DNA of 64,000 nt from the human T2T-CHM13v2.0 reference genome, Homo sapiens: assembly GCF_009914755.1 (NCBI RefSeq), contig NC_060928.1, one strand, 5' to 3'. The position numbers and the translations under genes were made by a program. The notes below the pieces were generated by a model. It saw only the letters and a program-made list of their open reading frames with translations. It was not told the origin of the DNA and did no database searches. Within the stretch, counting starts at the first letter, position 1. Each line of letters starts with the position of its first letter. This document shows, piece by piece, positions 1-30,590 of the stretch.

Positions 1-175
1 CCTCTAGCTGAAATTTAGCATTGCCTTAATTATGAATATAATCTACAAACTACGGTAGAATTAGCAGTATCTGTAACTCTGTGATAGTTTTTTTATATTA
101 CATTAAGAATATTGATGATACCTCAAAATATTACTGTTTTCCTTGTTATGAGAACACTGTAGTCTTTCATCACTA

Positions 176-1795
<1,620 letters not shown>

Positions 1796-1937
1796 GGGTG
1801 AGCATATTTAACCATCCTCAGCTCATAATAGAGCAAATAGGTCAACAGAATAATAATTCATGCTCTTGCATGTGTAATGAACTGGCAGCAAGAGAAAGCT
1901 GGTTGAAGAAAGGCAGAGGAACTGTGTCTTATGAGAA

Positions 1938-2534
1938 TTAGAATCAAGGGGCTCCATAATCATCTGGCATTCATTCAATGTTGTATCTATGGTTAGAAAT
2001 GTACATGACAGGAACTCCAGGAATCTTAGGGATTCTTCTTTTAAGGTCCTGGTCAACTGTGGCCACAATATAAAACTTATGCTGAATTACTCTCTGTACT
2101 AAGAGTCATCTGCTTAGGTTCCTTTGTGTGTACATGGTAATCCTTCAAATCTTGGATCCTTGGTGATCCTTAGAGCCACTCCATACTTCTGCTCCAATTT
2201 CTCAATTTCAGGCATTACACAATCAGTTATACAAGGAATACACTTGGTATACAGACAGTCCATCATTGACTGCACTAAGTCTGGTTTGGCTTTTATGGAA
2301 AAGTTGATAAAGGTTGGTATCAATGAGGATGTGGTAAGGTGGGCCCAGCTGTGTATTATATTGGAAAAATAAGCAGGTAGGGTGTTGGGGAATTTCTCTT
2401 TCCTTTAACACGCTGGGATCCTTCTTTTCTTTCTTTTTAGGTTTTAATTTATCCTTTTCTGTAAGCCTCTGATCCCTGAGACTAAGCATTCACTTCATGG
2501 TCGCATACTTCCTTGTTTTCTTTTGCTTCCCCAT
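1938..2534 (-). pseudogene. Processed pseudogene of FCF1 (UTP24, PIN-domain rRNA-processing nuclease), full-length CDS, disabled
   Basis: Intronless MGKQKKTRKYATMK*MLSLRDQRL...[30 protein letters not shown]...[16 protein letters not shown]...HRYNIE*MPDDYGAP*F*. Four in-frame stops, a +1 frameshift near 2311 and a -1 frameshift near 2103. Confidence 0.95.
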
Positions 2535-3297
2535 GGTCACACCACACTCCTGTGCTTGTATAATATTTTCAGAAGGGCTGTAGCCTTCACGAAACTGCCG
2601 AAGGGGTCCATGATGGAGAAATGGTGAGAACCCCTGCTCTAGACTGTAAACATTTCATGAGTTTATATTTGTCTTGTTTGCTACCATATCCCTAGCTTAA
2701 CACCTGACTGGTAATAAGGACCTCGGTCAGTGTGTTTTGAATGAATGAGAAAAAGTGGTTTGAGGTTTAATTTGTTTGTTGATTAACTGGATGCCTACTC
2801 TGAGAGTAACTTTGGAAGAGATGCTTACCTTCTCTCATTCATTTATTTAACCAGTGTTTATAGATACCTACTGTGTGCCAGGAATCATTCTAGGCTCCTT
2901 AGAGCTTATCTTCTAGGAAGGCAGACAGTAACATGTCAATAAATATTGTAAAACCAGCCAGATAATTTCAGATGACTGTAAGTGCTTTAGAGGAAATCCA
3001 GCAGGGTTATTTGATCATGAGCAAGACTGAAGTGGGCGTGAGTGACAACATAGAAGGATGGATGGGGTGGGGGAAACAGTAGCTCGCCAGGGCCTTGCAG
3101 CCTATGCTAGAATTTGAATGTTATTTTGAGTGAGTGGAAGCTACTGAGGGCTTTGTGTGGGAGGGGGAGGCATTGCATTGTGTGATTTATGTTTTAAAGG
3201 ATGATTGGCCATCATGTGGAAAAGACTGGATAAGAGGCTACTGTGGTGGTCCAGGCAAGAGATGGTGATGGTGTGCATTAGAGTATTAGCATAATAG

Positions 3298-4077
3298 TGA
3301 GAAGTGAAGCCAGCTGGACTTCCTGGGTGGAGTGGGGACTTAGGGAACTTTTCTGTCTAGCTAAAGGTTTGTAAATGCACCAATCAGCACTCTGTAAAAA
3401 CACACAAATCAGTGCTCTGTGTCTAGCTAAAGGTTTGTAAACGTACCAATAGTACTCTGTAAAAATGCACCAATCAGCGCTCTGTGTCTAGCTAAAAGTT
3501 TGTAAATGCACCAATCAGCACTTGGTAAAAACGGACCAATCAGCACTCTGTAAAATGGACCAATCAGCACTCTGTAAAATGGACCAATCAGCAGGATGTG
3601 GGCGGGGCCAAATAAGGGAATAAAAGCTGGCCACCCGAGCCAGCAGCGCCAAGTCGCTGGGGGTCCCCTTCTACCCTGTGGAGGCTGTATTCTTTTGCTC
3701 TTCACGGTAAGTCTTGCTGCTGCTCACTCTTTGGGTCTGCACTACCTTTATGAGCTGTAACACTCACTGCGAAGGTCTGCGGCTTCACTCCTGAAGTCAG
3801 CGAGACCACGAACCCACCTGGAGGAACAAACAACTCTGGAGGCGCCACCTTTAAGAGCTGTAACACTCACTGCCGAGGTCTGCGGCTTCACTCCTGAAGT
3901 CAAGCGCAACACAAACCCACTGGAAGGAAGAAACTCCAGACACATCTGAACATCTGAAGGAACAAACTCTGGACACACCATTTTTAAGAACCGTAACACT
4001 CACTGCGAGAGTCCACAGCTTCATTCTTGAAGTCAGCAAGACCAAGAACCCACCAGAAGGAACCAATTCTGGACACA
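3298..4077 (+). mobile_element. Solo LTR12-family (ERV9) LTR
   Basis: TG...CA termini with 4-bp TSD ATAG (3294-3297 and 4078-4081). Tandem CCAATCAGCACTCTGT U3 repeats, GC box, AATAAAA TATA-like box, and repeated GTAACACTCACTGC units in U5. Confidence 0.92.
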
Positions 4078-4221
4078 ATAGCACCTGCTGGTCTCATTGG
4101 TGGTGACATTAAAGCATTTAGCACAGGGCCAGGGATCTAGCCAGAACTCAGTAAACATTAATTCCCCTTCTTAACCCCATAACACCTGGGGCCTGGAGTC
4201 TGTTCCAGCAGTCAGCAAATA

Positions 4222-8697
<4,476 letters not shown>

Positions 8698-9445
8698 ACC
8701 TGCTAGGCCCTAGGCCCTTGTGCCATATTAGGTGATTTTTTTTGTTTCAGCAAATCAACATCATCTTTTGCATTAAATTAACATCGCTAATTTCAATTGC
8801 ATTGGTTTTGTGGTCCTATTTGTATTTAGTTTGTAGATGTGTTGATTGCAAAATAGGCCCTGTAGTTGTCTGAGAATTATAACCATAAGGAGTTAATACC
8901 TAGTTTTATGATTGTAGTATTAGTCATGTTATAATAAAAGTAATTTAGGTCAACCCAATTTGGAAAAACACTGAGTCATGCCTGAAGATCTTTTACTTCC
9001 TCTAGCCCCAAGTGTCTGCGATTATGCAAATCATGTGTAACAGTTGTGTGGCTATTACTGCAATATTGTTTGGGATATAGAAATCAAAATCTTTCACAGA
9101 TTTAGCTTGTTTTAGCACAGTCTAGGTTCTCTTTGCAAGGGCCTGCAGCCTCCGTTTTGGGAACTTGAGTCCAATTCTGTTACCCAGCAATCAGAGAGAT
9201 TGCTAACTAAACTTTATTCTAAGTTTAACACAGTTGGTTGTGTTCTTGTTAACCTCAGAGAGGCCTCTTTTTCCTGAAAGTTAACTGGTCCCGTTATTTG
9301 AAAGGAAATTTTAAGAACCTGAACACCTATAGGATTCAGATTCTATTAAAAAGCAAAGGTATACTTTGGGAATGGAGGGGTGGGGAAAGACAGAGAAACT
9401 AAAAATAATCTTCCCGTATAAGAGCTTGAAGTGGATCTACCCTAA

Positions 9446-9637
<192 letters not shown>

Positions 9638-10059
9638 TGACAACGCTGCATCCCGTTTCTGTTGTTCCTGTCTGCAAGGGAGCAGTTTTTGGCATTTTGT
9701 CTCCTCTCTCGGCACCTCCTCAGAAGGGCCTGGGAAGTGGAGGATGAGGGCAAAAAAGAGCTTTGCACGGTTCATTGCCGGATGGCCAAAAGGATGTCCC
9801 TAAGCCCTTCCCTGAGAAGGAGACAGAGCCAAGAGTTAGCGCTCCTGACTTCCCAGCAAGTGCTGTGTTGTGTGCAGAACTGGCTGCCCTCCCTCTGGTA
9901 TTTTTAGTACTGTTGATAAATTTATGAAGAAGTCTTTACACAAAAGGGGGAAAGCTTTTAGGATCTGTCAGGTTTGTCTGGAAACATTTATCATTTATAC
10001 TGTTCCAACCAAACTCATGACTTAGAACTCCAGAAATGTGATTTAAAAATTACTTTTTC

Positions 10060-14963
<4,904 letters not shown>

Positions 14964-17697
14964 TCACAATAGAGCTTTTCTTCAAGTGACGCTGCCTGAG
15001 AGGAGAGGACAAAGAGTACTGTGGTAGTGAAAATTGTGTTTTAGTCTCTAAGCTCTCACTAGCCAGGAAGAGGGGAGCCAAACCATGACCTTGTTTACGA
15101 GAAGGAAATGAAATGGATTTTTTGTTTTATGGGGGGAGGAGGGGACATTACCTAACACATATGACTACCATTTTTGTAAAAACAATGCATGATTATAAAG
15201 AATTCAAGTCGCTTGGGGTGATGGGAATGAGTTTATAGTGCTGAGGTTAACCTGACCTTGCAGCCTTAGTATCTGTCAGTCTAGACCCCGTAGGTCTGTA
15301 ATGACCATTGTCTCTAAACCCAGGGCTCCATGTTTTCAGCTGCCCTGTCCATCCTTGTAAACTCAGGCTGAGGTCTAGCGATTTCCAACAATCTGTGAGT
15401 GAGCTTCCTCCTCAGGTTAGATTTTGGTATGAGTGCCCCGTGAAAGTCGTCTCTCTGTTGCTGTAGCTCAACCTAAGGCCTCTGACTAGAGGAGTGATTT
15501 TAAAGGATTTATTGACGATCTTTCTCAATTCATGAATTATTGATTGGCTCCAGCCACTTAGCTAGCATCTCTCTGATTCCTCTGAACTTATTCCTCCCAG
15601 GCATGTCTGTGGTGGCATTCTGCCAGCCAGTACCATGGAAGGGGCTGTCATTCCTGGTGGGCAGTGCTGGTTCTCCCCCTAAAGGAACTTTGCAGAGCAC
15701 TTGGTGACTGCTAGCTTTTAGCGTGTTCTTGTTTGTTGGCGTTACCTGCCTCTCCCGGAGTTTCCTCTACTGGCTGCGTCTCAACTTCTGCCTTCCCTCC
15801 TGCGTAGATAGTCAAGGAAGAGGAGCCCACAAAAATAGCTTTCTAAGCACTCCTTTCTGAAGCTGTTTTCTGTTTCACCTCCTTGTCCTTCAAGGGTCAT
15901 CTGGGATCATTTAGGACAATATGGGGAAAGTTGGTTTCAGTAATTCATTGAGAGAAAACACATTGGGGCATTTGCCAACCAAAGGGCGTGATAGAAATAA
16001 CATGGGCTCCAGAGTCTTGATGGGCCTGCATCTGGCTCATTGAGCTTCTCTGAGCCTCACAGCCTTCATTAGTAATTATTGACACATACTGATTTCACAG
16101 GGTTCTTCTTAAAGTGAAAAGAAGACTATCTGTAAACTAGGATGTAAGCTCTATAAGGACTGGGATCTTGCCTGACTTATTCCCTGCTTTATCCTTTGTG
16201 CCTTCAGCAGGGCCAGGCTTAGGAGGCACTCCTTAAGTAACTAATGAATAAACAAATAATTAAATACTGAGTAGAACTGAGGAAATGTGAGCCTTCCACC
16301 TGCCTCCCTTTTCCTGCATTATAATTCTGGCGTTACCCTTAACAAATCCTTTTTCCTGTAGGTAAACTCTCTGCATTTAGCATAAGGGACTTAGTGATTT
16401 GAACTTCCAGACACTGTAACTTTTCATCCTGTTGACTTGCTCTTGAAGCCTGTCAGATTTAAAACTGTATTTTTAATATTTTGCTTATTTCATTTTTGTA
16501 GAGACAGGTTCTCGCTATGTTGGCAGGCTGGTCTCAAACCCCTGGCCTCAAGTGATCCTCCTGCCTTGGCCCCCGCAAAGTGCTGGGATTACAGGTGTGA
16601 GCCACTGTACCCAGCCTGTTTTGAACTTATAAAAATATAACCTAGTAGTTAAATGGCTAAACTTGTAAACACTAAAAGACTATAGTAGATTGATTATATA
16701 AAACAAGCTTTTAAAATAAACTGACACAGGTAGACCGGTGGATTTTCATCAGTCCTTTACTATCATTAACGGATTCCTGCTTCGAGGTGGCCATGTGGAA
16801 TTGCATGATCCTTGGTTCTCTTACTTGAATCAGCTTTTTAGGGTTCCCCCTTGGCTCCAGAGCCTCAGGCTCTTGCCCATTATCAGTGGATACATTTGTT
16901 TCTTCAGTCAAGCCTCCGACTAGGCTAACTGCTTCCTGCTGCGCAGAGGGAAGTCCCTGTTTGCTTTTCTGAAGCCAGTGGTTTGCTCCGCAGGTCCTCA
17001 GAAGGTCTGTGTTTTTCCCTTCTTCCTAGCAGCCGGAGAAGAAAGTGGAAGATGATGCTTTGAGTGTTTCCACTCCTGAAACTCAGTCTCTCGACTGTTC
17101 TTTCTCATCCAGACCTGGATGGCATTGAGTTGTTCATCTTGCAGTTTACTGTCCCTCTCTTTTGAGAAAGCCCCCTGGTAGCCTTTCCACTGGTGATTTC
17201 TTTCATTGACCAGAGCTAGTCAAGTCAGCATTCTGCTTTCAGGCTCTCCCTAGCAGGATGGTAGCTCAGAGAGAGATTTCCTTAGAAAGTGTTTTTCTTC
17301 ACTGTAAAACATAAGAAAGAAGACTTAAAACTGGACTTAGCAAGGGAAACACAAAGGAATCTTACCATTCGAAAGTAGATCACAGTAGGGGAGCTGAACT
17401 TTGTGCTTGAACTGTTTAGAGAAGAAGCAAGAGAATGTGTCTGTGTGGAATTCTCTTGCCAGGGGAACTGAAGCTGCCCATAGCTGAGGAACGTATCTCC
17501 TTTGTCCAGAGAGACAGGGCTTTTCCCTCTGTATTGGGAAATTACATCAGGAAATTACATCGGGATATTGAGGAACAGGTTCCCCTCTTTGTACTTGGGA
17601 AATTATATTAGGATATTGAGGAACGGAATAAGTGGATAATTGTGTTTCTGCTGACTAAATGATTTGTTTAATTCCCTGAGCCTGTGAAATTGTTTAG

Positions 17698-17895
<198 letters not shown>

Positions 17896-18204
17896 TAACC
17901 CTCAGAAGTTAGTTCTCCATGGTCCTGCATGCTTTTCCTTCCTGCCCTAGTTAGTTGACTGTATCAAATATTGATTTTTGGCAAGACACTTCTCTGGGCC
18001 TTGATCTTCCCATCTGTGAAAATGAGAGCCTTACATTGAAAGACCTCTCTAGACCCAAGTAGCCCTGACATTCTGTGATTCTACGTTTTGTGTCTGATCA
18101 GCATGTGAGAGCTAGTGTTACCATGGAGTTAGTACCAGCCACAGCATAAAAACTTGACCTTTAAGTTAGCTTGTGTTGACTTATCACAGGTATAGTTTCC
18201 ATTA

Positions 18205-18512
<308 letters not shown>

Positions 18513-18535
18513 TCAAAAAAAAAAATTGAATAGTT

Positions 18536-18575
<40 letters not shown>

Positions 18576-18614
18576 TTTTTGAGATGGAGTCTTGCTCTGT
18601 TACCCAAGCTGTAG

Positions 18615-19095
<481 letters not shown>

Positions 19096-19938
19096 TGAAC
19101 TCCTGACCTCAGGTGATCCGCCCACCTCAGTCTCCCAAAGTGCTAGGATTACAAGCATAAGCTACCGCGCCCAGCCAAAAAACTGAATAGTTTTAATATT
19201 TATCAAGTACTTATTTTGTCCCAGGCCCTGTTCTGAGTGCTTTACATATAGCTTCACAATGCCGACATGAGATGACTACAGTCCGGTCTTCATTTTACAG
19301 ATGAGGAAACTAAGGCACAAAGAGGTTAAGCAACTTATCTAAAGTTACACAGCTAGTAAGTGGGAGAGCCAGGATTTAAACTTGTGCAGTCTGACTCTGG
19401 AGTAGTCTGAGCTCTTAATTACTAGCTTGGAGGATTGCTGGAGTAACTGGCTTTTCTCTTGTGCTATGGACAGTTGACAATTTAACCTAAGCATATAACT
19501 TTTCAATATGTAATTGACAGTAGAAGTGTGACAGGATGGTGGTTTACACACATGTATGATACTCTTTTCTAAATAAGAGTTTCTGGGCTGGGCAGGTTGG
19601 CTCACACTGGTAATCCCAGCACTTTAGGAGGCTGAGGTGGGAGGATCACTTGAGCCCAGCAGTTTGAGACCAACCTGGGCAACATAGGCAGACCCTGTCT
19701 CTACAAAAAATTCAAAAAATGAGCCAGGCATGGTGATGCATACCTGTGGTACTAGCCACTGGGCAGTTTGAGATGGGAGGATTGCCTGGGCCTGGAAGGT
19801 TGAGACTACAGTGAGCCATGACTGCACGACTGCACTCCAGCCTGGACAACAGAGCAAGACTTTGCCTCAAAAAAAAAAAAAAAAATTCTGTAAATGATTT
19901 GCGAGTGAAGTGGTGAAACTTTCTTTTCAAACCTTTAA

Positions 19939-23240
<3,302 letters not shown>

Positions 23241-24530
23241 AGCAAGTCGAATTTCTTTACCCCTGTAACCTGTCTAAGCAACTTCTGCCCACTCTTTCAC
23301 ATTACTTATTGGGGGGAAAAAAAACAACATTCAACTGGTTTTTCATAAATACATTAGTCTAATCTAAGATTTTCCTGATAAATAGATAAGAAACAGTGGA
23401 GAGGCCAGTGATCCATAAATAATGCATATGATACCTCATCTTTTTCTCAAATAGCAGTGATCTCCTAGAAAGCCAAGTATTGGTTTTGGGAGAAGAAAAA
23501 CCTAATTATCCAAATGAAACTATACGTCAAGAGCTACTTTATGCATATAATTGAGAAAGTATAATATCGGGTCTCTTCCTTCAAAAAGACTGAATGCTTG
23601 AAGCAATTTGAGGATACCAGTCCACAAGGGGTTTTACAACAAAAGGGCACATCTTGCTCAAGTTCAGCCCTCTGGCTTAAACCCCATGGTGCATATGCAG
23701 TCTTTATCAGAGCTCCCTGGCCTACACAGCACCTTTCTGGGAAGTAGAAAAGGCATGACCCAAGGAACAGCCCCATGGTGGCAGGGCATGAGCCTTTGTG
23801 GGCCAAAAAAGTCAGCTGGTGATGGGGCCACAGTCAGTGAGCAGAGCTCGGGATGGATCTCAGCCCAGTGTCCCAGTGTACAAACTGCACAACCTTCCAC
23901 AGAGACCCTGCTCATCATGCTGCCTGCCTGTCTGCAGATTTTGTTCACTCTTGGGAAAAAAAAAACAAAAACAAACAAACAAAAAAAAAACCTTGATTGC
24001 ATGGAATCATCACATTGAGAGAGACCAGGAGGAAGAAGTAAGCACTCCATGGAAAACACCTGTCCTACACACAGAAAGGGGAGTGTGGTGGTTAGCAGGT
24101 AAGTGATCCTCGAACAATAGAATGTCTGTTCAGATGCTAGAATGCTGACCCCAAACAGAAATAGTGTTTTCTTCCTTTCTGACTACTAACACCTGCCTTT
24201 CCAGCTCATTGTTTTAGTACTGCAACTCCAACAATCTCTCAACTCTACTGGGATCTCTAGTCTTTTGATCTCATCACATTTTCACTGGCATTCATTTCTC
24301 ATGAGTCTTCTCTTACCTCCTTACCTGGATTAAATTCCTAGTAAATCATTATAATCAGTCCTTTATATATATCCCCAACTCTCTTGCCTCCTTACATTGC
24401 TTTTGCCTACTCACTTAGCAAAGCCAAAATCCTGGTTAAATTCAATCCTCCCTCCTTTGTGTGTGCACCTATGCAGTTGAACTGTGCCTGGAGAAATTCA
24501 GTCCATTAACAGCTCACTTTAAATTCATGA

Positions 24531-24771
<241 letters not shown>

Positions 24772-26028
24772 TGACCTTAGGTGATCCGCCCGCCTCGGCC
24801 TCCCATAGTGCTGGGATTACAGGCATGAGCCACTTTGCCTGGCCTCAAGTGGCATTTAATGCTGCAGTCATAATAAAATTCTCTAGTCCATTTGCCACTC
24901 TCCTATTTTACATCTTTTCTTTTCTCAGAAAAGTGAAGCTATTGGAAAGAACTTGGACCGGTTGGCACCACCACTTCCACCCACCTAAGCATCTGTGTGT
25001 GCATTACCTTCCCTTGTGTTATTATTGTTGAAGTTGAAGGATCCTTTTTTTTTTTTAGTAGAATCAAGGTCTTGCTGTGTTGCCCAGGCTGGTCTTGCAC
25101 TCCTGGCCTCAAGCGATCTTCCCATCTCAGTCTCCCAAAGTGCTGGGATTACATGCACTGCACCTGGCCTCTTTAAAAAAAAAAGAAAAAGTTTCTCATA
25201 TAAATTCTCATATAAATATAAAATGAACATGTGCCAAAGATTTTACTTAACTCACTAATAAAGGAACCACTAAGATGTTGGAACCAGTTCAAAAAATAAT
25301 CCTAAAAACAGATACATATACAGATATGAGGCATGTCAAAATGAATTTGCTTAATAGATGCACAACTGGCCTCTATAATGGGGGAGGGGAATCAACTGTG
25401 CCTCCACTGGGCAAAATTCACTTGTATGTCTATGGAAAAGAATTATTTGCATTTCTTTCAGTTGTCTGCCATTTACAGAGTTGTAAAATACCTCAAGACA
25501 ATTAAAGACACAGATAATAACTTGAAGAGACTACTATATAAGACACGAGTAATATTTCTTGTTCATTTCAGCCGTTTACATTTTTTTTCCTGAAACTGTA
25601 AACAAATTTTGAATTTCTACCCAAAACTCAGCCCTCTTGAGCACTAGATTGGATTCCCTTTCACCTACCTAAGGACATTGGCCATTCTTCCCTCTATTAT
25701 ATCAATTTTTTGCCCTTTTCTCAACATTCCTGCTTTCTCATCAGAAGACAAATCTCTTTTTGAGGCAGGGTCCCCTTCTGTCACCCAGGCTAGAGTGCAG
25801 TGGCATGATCACGACTCACTGCAGCCTTGACCTCTCTGGGTTCAGGTGATCCTCCTGCTTCACCTTCCTGAGTGGCTGGAATTACAGGTGCGCACCATCA
25901 TGTCCGGCTAATTTTTGTATTTTTTGTAGAGACGGGGTTTCACCATGTTGCTCAGGCTGGTCTTGAATTCCTGGGCTCAAGCAATTGGGCCGCCTTGGCC
26001 TCCCAAAGTGCTGGGATTACAGGTATGA

Positions 26029-26388
<360 letters not shown>

Positions 26389-26612
26389 TGAGAGAGAGTC
26401 TCATTATGTCACCCAGGCTGGAGTGCAGTGGTGTGATCTCGGCTTACTGCAACCTCCACTCCCAGGTTCAAGCGATTCTCTTGCCTCAGCCTCCCCACTA
26501 ACTGAGATTACAGGCATGTGCCACCATGCCCAGCTAATTTTCGTATTTTTAGTAGAGACGGGGTTTCACCATGTTTGCACCATGTTGGTCTCAAACTCCT
26601 GACCTCAAGTAA

Positions 26613-26753
<141 letters not shown>

Positions 26754-27924
26754 TAGAAAGATTAGTCTATTCTTACTAACATCAGTCCTTTCCCTCCCAC
26801 CGCTAAATACCCTATAGTCACTTTTTTTATTTTTATTTTATTTTTTTTAGCTCTCAGAACTTTACTAAACTGCTCTTGAAAAGGTCTCCAACGACCATGC
26901 TGCTAAACCCGACAGTTGTTTCTCAGTGTTCATCCCAGCATGGTAGCAGTTGGTTACCTCATTTGAGATGCATTCTTTAATTGGTTCTGAGACACTACAC
27001 TGTGGATTTTCCTCCTACCTCCCTGGCTGTTCCTTCCCAGGTTCCTCTGCTGATCTCTTCTGTTTCCTGATGTCTGAATGTTGAATTGCCCCAGTTCTCA
27101 GTCCTGGGTCCCTTTCTTTATCAATACTTGGTGATCTCATCCAGTCTCATAACTTTAAATACTATTTATATGCTGACAACTTCTAAATTTATATATTCAG
27201 CCCAGACATCACCCTGACCTCTAGACTCATATATCTAGTTGCCTACTTAACAGCTCTACTTGACTTGAAAAGCACTAGCTGTTCTCAAGTTTGACATGAT
27301 TAAAGGTAAATTTCTGATTTTCCTCTTCCCCACACCTGATCCACCTACATTCTTCCTGTTTTTTCACTTACTCAAACCAAAAGCCATGGAGTCTTCCTTG
27401 ACTCTTCTTTTTCTTTCACAATCCAGAAATCAGTGGGTCTACAGTTAGAGCATGTCCAGAATCTACCTCTGTTATCATCTTTCTACAAACTGCCATCGTG
27501 ATTTTCATTCATTTTTTGCCTAGATTATTGCAACTGACTAAGTGAGCTCCCTGCTTTCCCCCTTATACCTTACAGACAATTCTCAACACAAGCTAGAGTG
27601 ATCTTTCACAAACATAAATGAGATCATGCCACTACTGTCCCAAACCCTGCAACACAGCTGCCAATTTCTCTTGGAGTAAGGCTGAAGTTCTTCTACTAAC
27701 CCACTAGGCCCAGTATGTTGTGGCTCCCAGTCACACACATTACCTCGTCTGCTATTCTCCTCAGTGGACTGTAGATGATCATGTATATGATGCTCCTTAT
27801 ACACATCAGTCATGCCCTGCTTCAGTGTCTCTGCACTGGCTTTTCCTCTGCCTGGAATGCACTTCTCCAAGATATCTGCATGGCCTTCTCACTCAGCTTC
27901 TTCAAGTCTTTGTTCAAACATCAC

Positions 27925-28830
<906 letters not shown>

Positions 28831-29051
28831 GCTGCCCTCTCAATAAGGTGATCCCCTTATTTAAAATTGCAACCCAACCCCCTTGTACCTCTCCTTCTCT
28901 CTTCCTCGTTCTCTCTCTATCATACACACATTTCCATTTTCCTTTCCCTTTGCTCTGGTGAGCAATAATAAATACTTATTGTTTTGAGTCACCTGGTTTT
29001 GAGGTGGTTTGTTCTGTAGAAATAAACCTCTACAATGTACTTTTTCACTTA

Positions 29052-29510
29052 TGTGACTGACTGCCACTGCTACTGCTTGAGACCGTCATTACAAGACTGA
29101 AGGAAGGGACGGACGCAGAAATGTAAACTTAAGACAAAAGAAACTATTTTAAAGGAAGGGGAATCAGGAAAGAAGAAGAGAACTCCCCGCTTCTAGTGAG
29201 CAAAGGCAGCCCCCGAGTTTCCACAGCCTTTCTTATTTATTGGGTAGAAAGAGCAGGGAGGAGGAGGTAACGATTGGTCAGCTGCTTAATCGATCACAGG
29301 TTCATATTACTACTAACAGGCTTCAGAAGTACCTAATCACAAGAAACACTGCGCTTGGGGCGTGACTGCCCTCAGCATTCCTTCTGGTGGCAGACGCAGT
29401 TTGTCAGTTTGCCAACATTCTGCGTTTATGAGAACAGTTTGCTGTTTACTCATATAGCCTCCAGTGGTATACTGAGTTGATCACTACCCTCAATCTTTCG
29501 GCCTCCAACA
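29052..29510 (-). mobile_element. Solo LTR3-type LTR (HERV-K HML-6)
   Basis: The minus strand starts TGTTGGAGGCCGAAAGATTGAGGG...TCAACTCAGTATACCACTGGAGG. Perfect 6-bp TSD CACTTA (29046-29051 and 29511-29516), the length expected for ERVK integrases. Confidence 0.85.
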
Positions 29511-29889
29511 CACTTAGGTACATTATTTTTTGCCTGTGTTTCCTCAATGTAATGTGAGCTACATGAGGGCAAAAATTTTTGGGTTTGTTTTTATTGCTTT
29601 GTTTGCAGATATATCCCCAGCACTAGTAAAGTGCCTGATATATAGTAGACACTCAACATTTATTAAATGTATGACTCTGTTACTGTTATCTGCATAAGTA
29701 AATAGGTCTCCTGGCTTACTTTACTCTGTTGCAGAATTGCAATAATATCTTTCTTTCAAAGATTGAATGCAGTTTATATTGACGTGTGAAATGCATCTAA
29801 TTGTGCATTTATATTACCAAGAATCTGGTAACAATTCTCATAAGGAAGAAGTAAAATGAAAGGCAAAATAAACGTTTAGGAATCCATAA

Positions 29890-30066
<177 letters not shown>

Positions 30067-30356
30067 TAGGACTATAGGCACAAGCCACCACACCCAGCCT
30101 TTTTCAGGTTTTATTAGAGAAATGCAGCATTTGTGGGAATTGGAATAAATATATTTACTCTTCAAAATATTAAGATTAAGACCTGTTGGTGAAGAGGACA
30201 GTGATTAGTCTTTAACTTAGAGACTTAGATCTTTAATATTTGTTCTTCCTATAAACTTAAAAAAAAAATCAGCACTTGGAGATTTCTTGCTTCCTCACAT
30301 CTAGACCTATAATCCTGTGATCTGCTATTAACTAATAGCATGACTAGTGATCATGA

Positions 30357-30590
<234 letters not shown>

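Noticed and set aside
1938-2534. Functional FCF1 retrogene
   Set aside because: A stop at codon 15, three more stops and two frameshifts.
3370-3595. Tandem repeat array as a novel element
   Set aside because: These are the normal U3 CCAAT repeats of LTR12.
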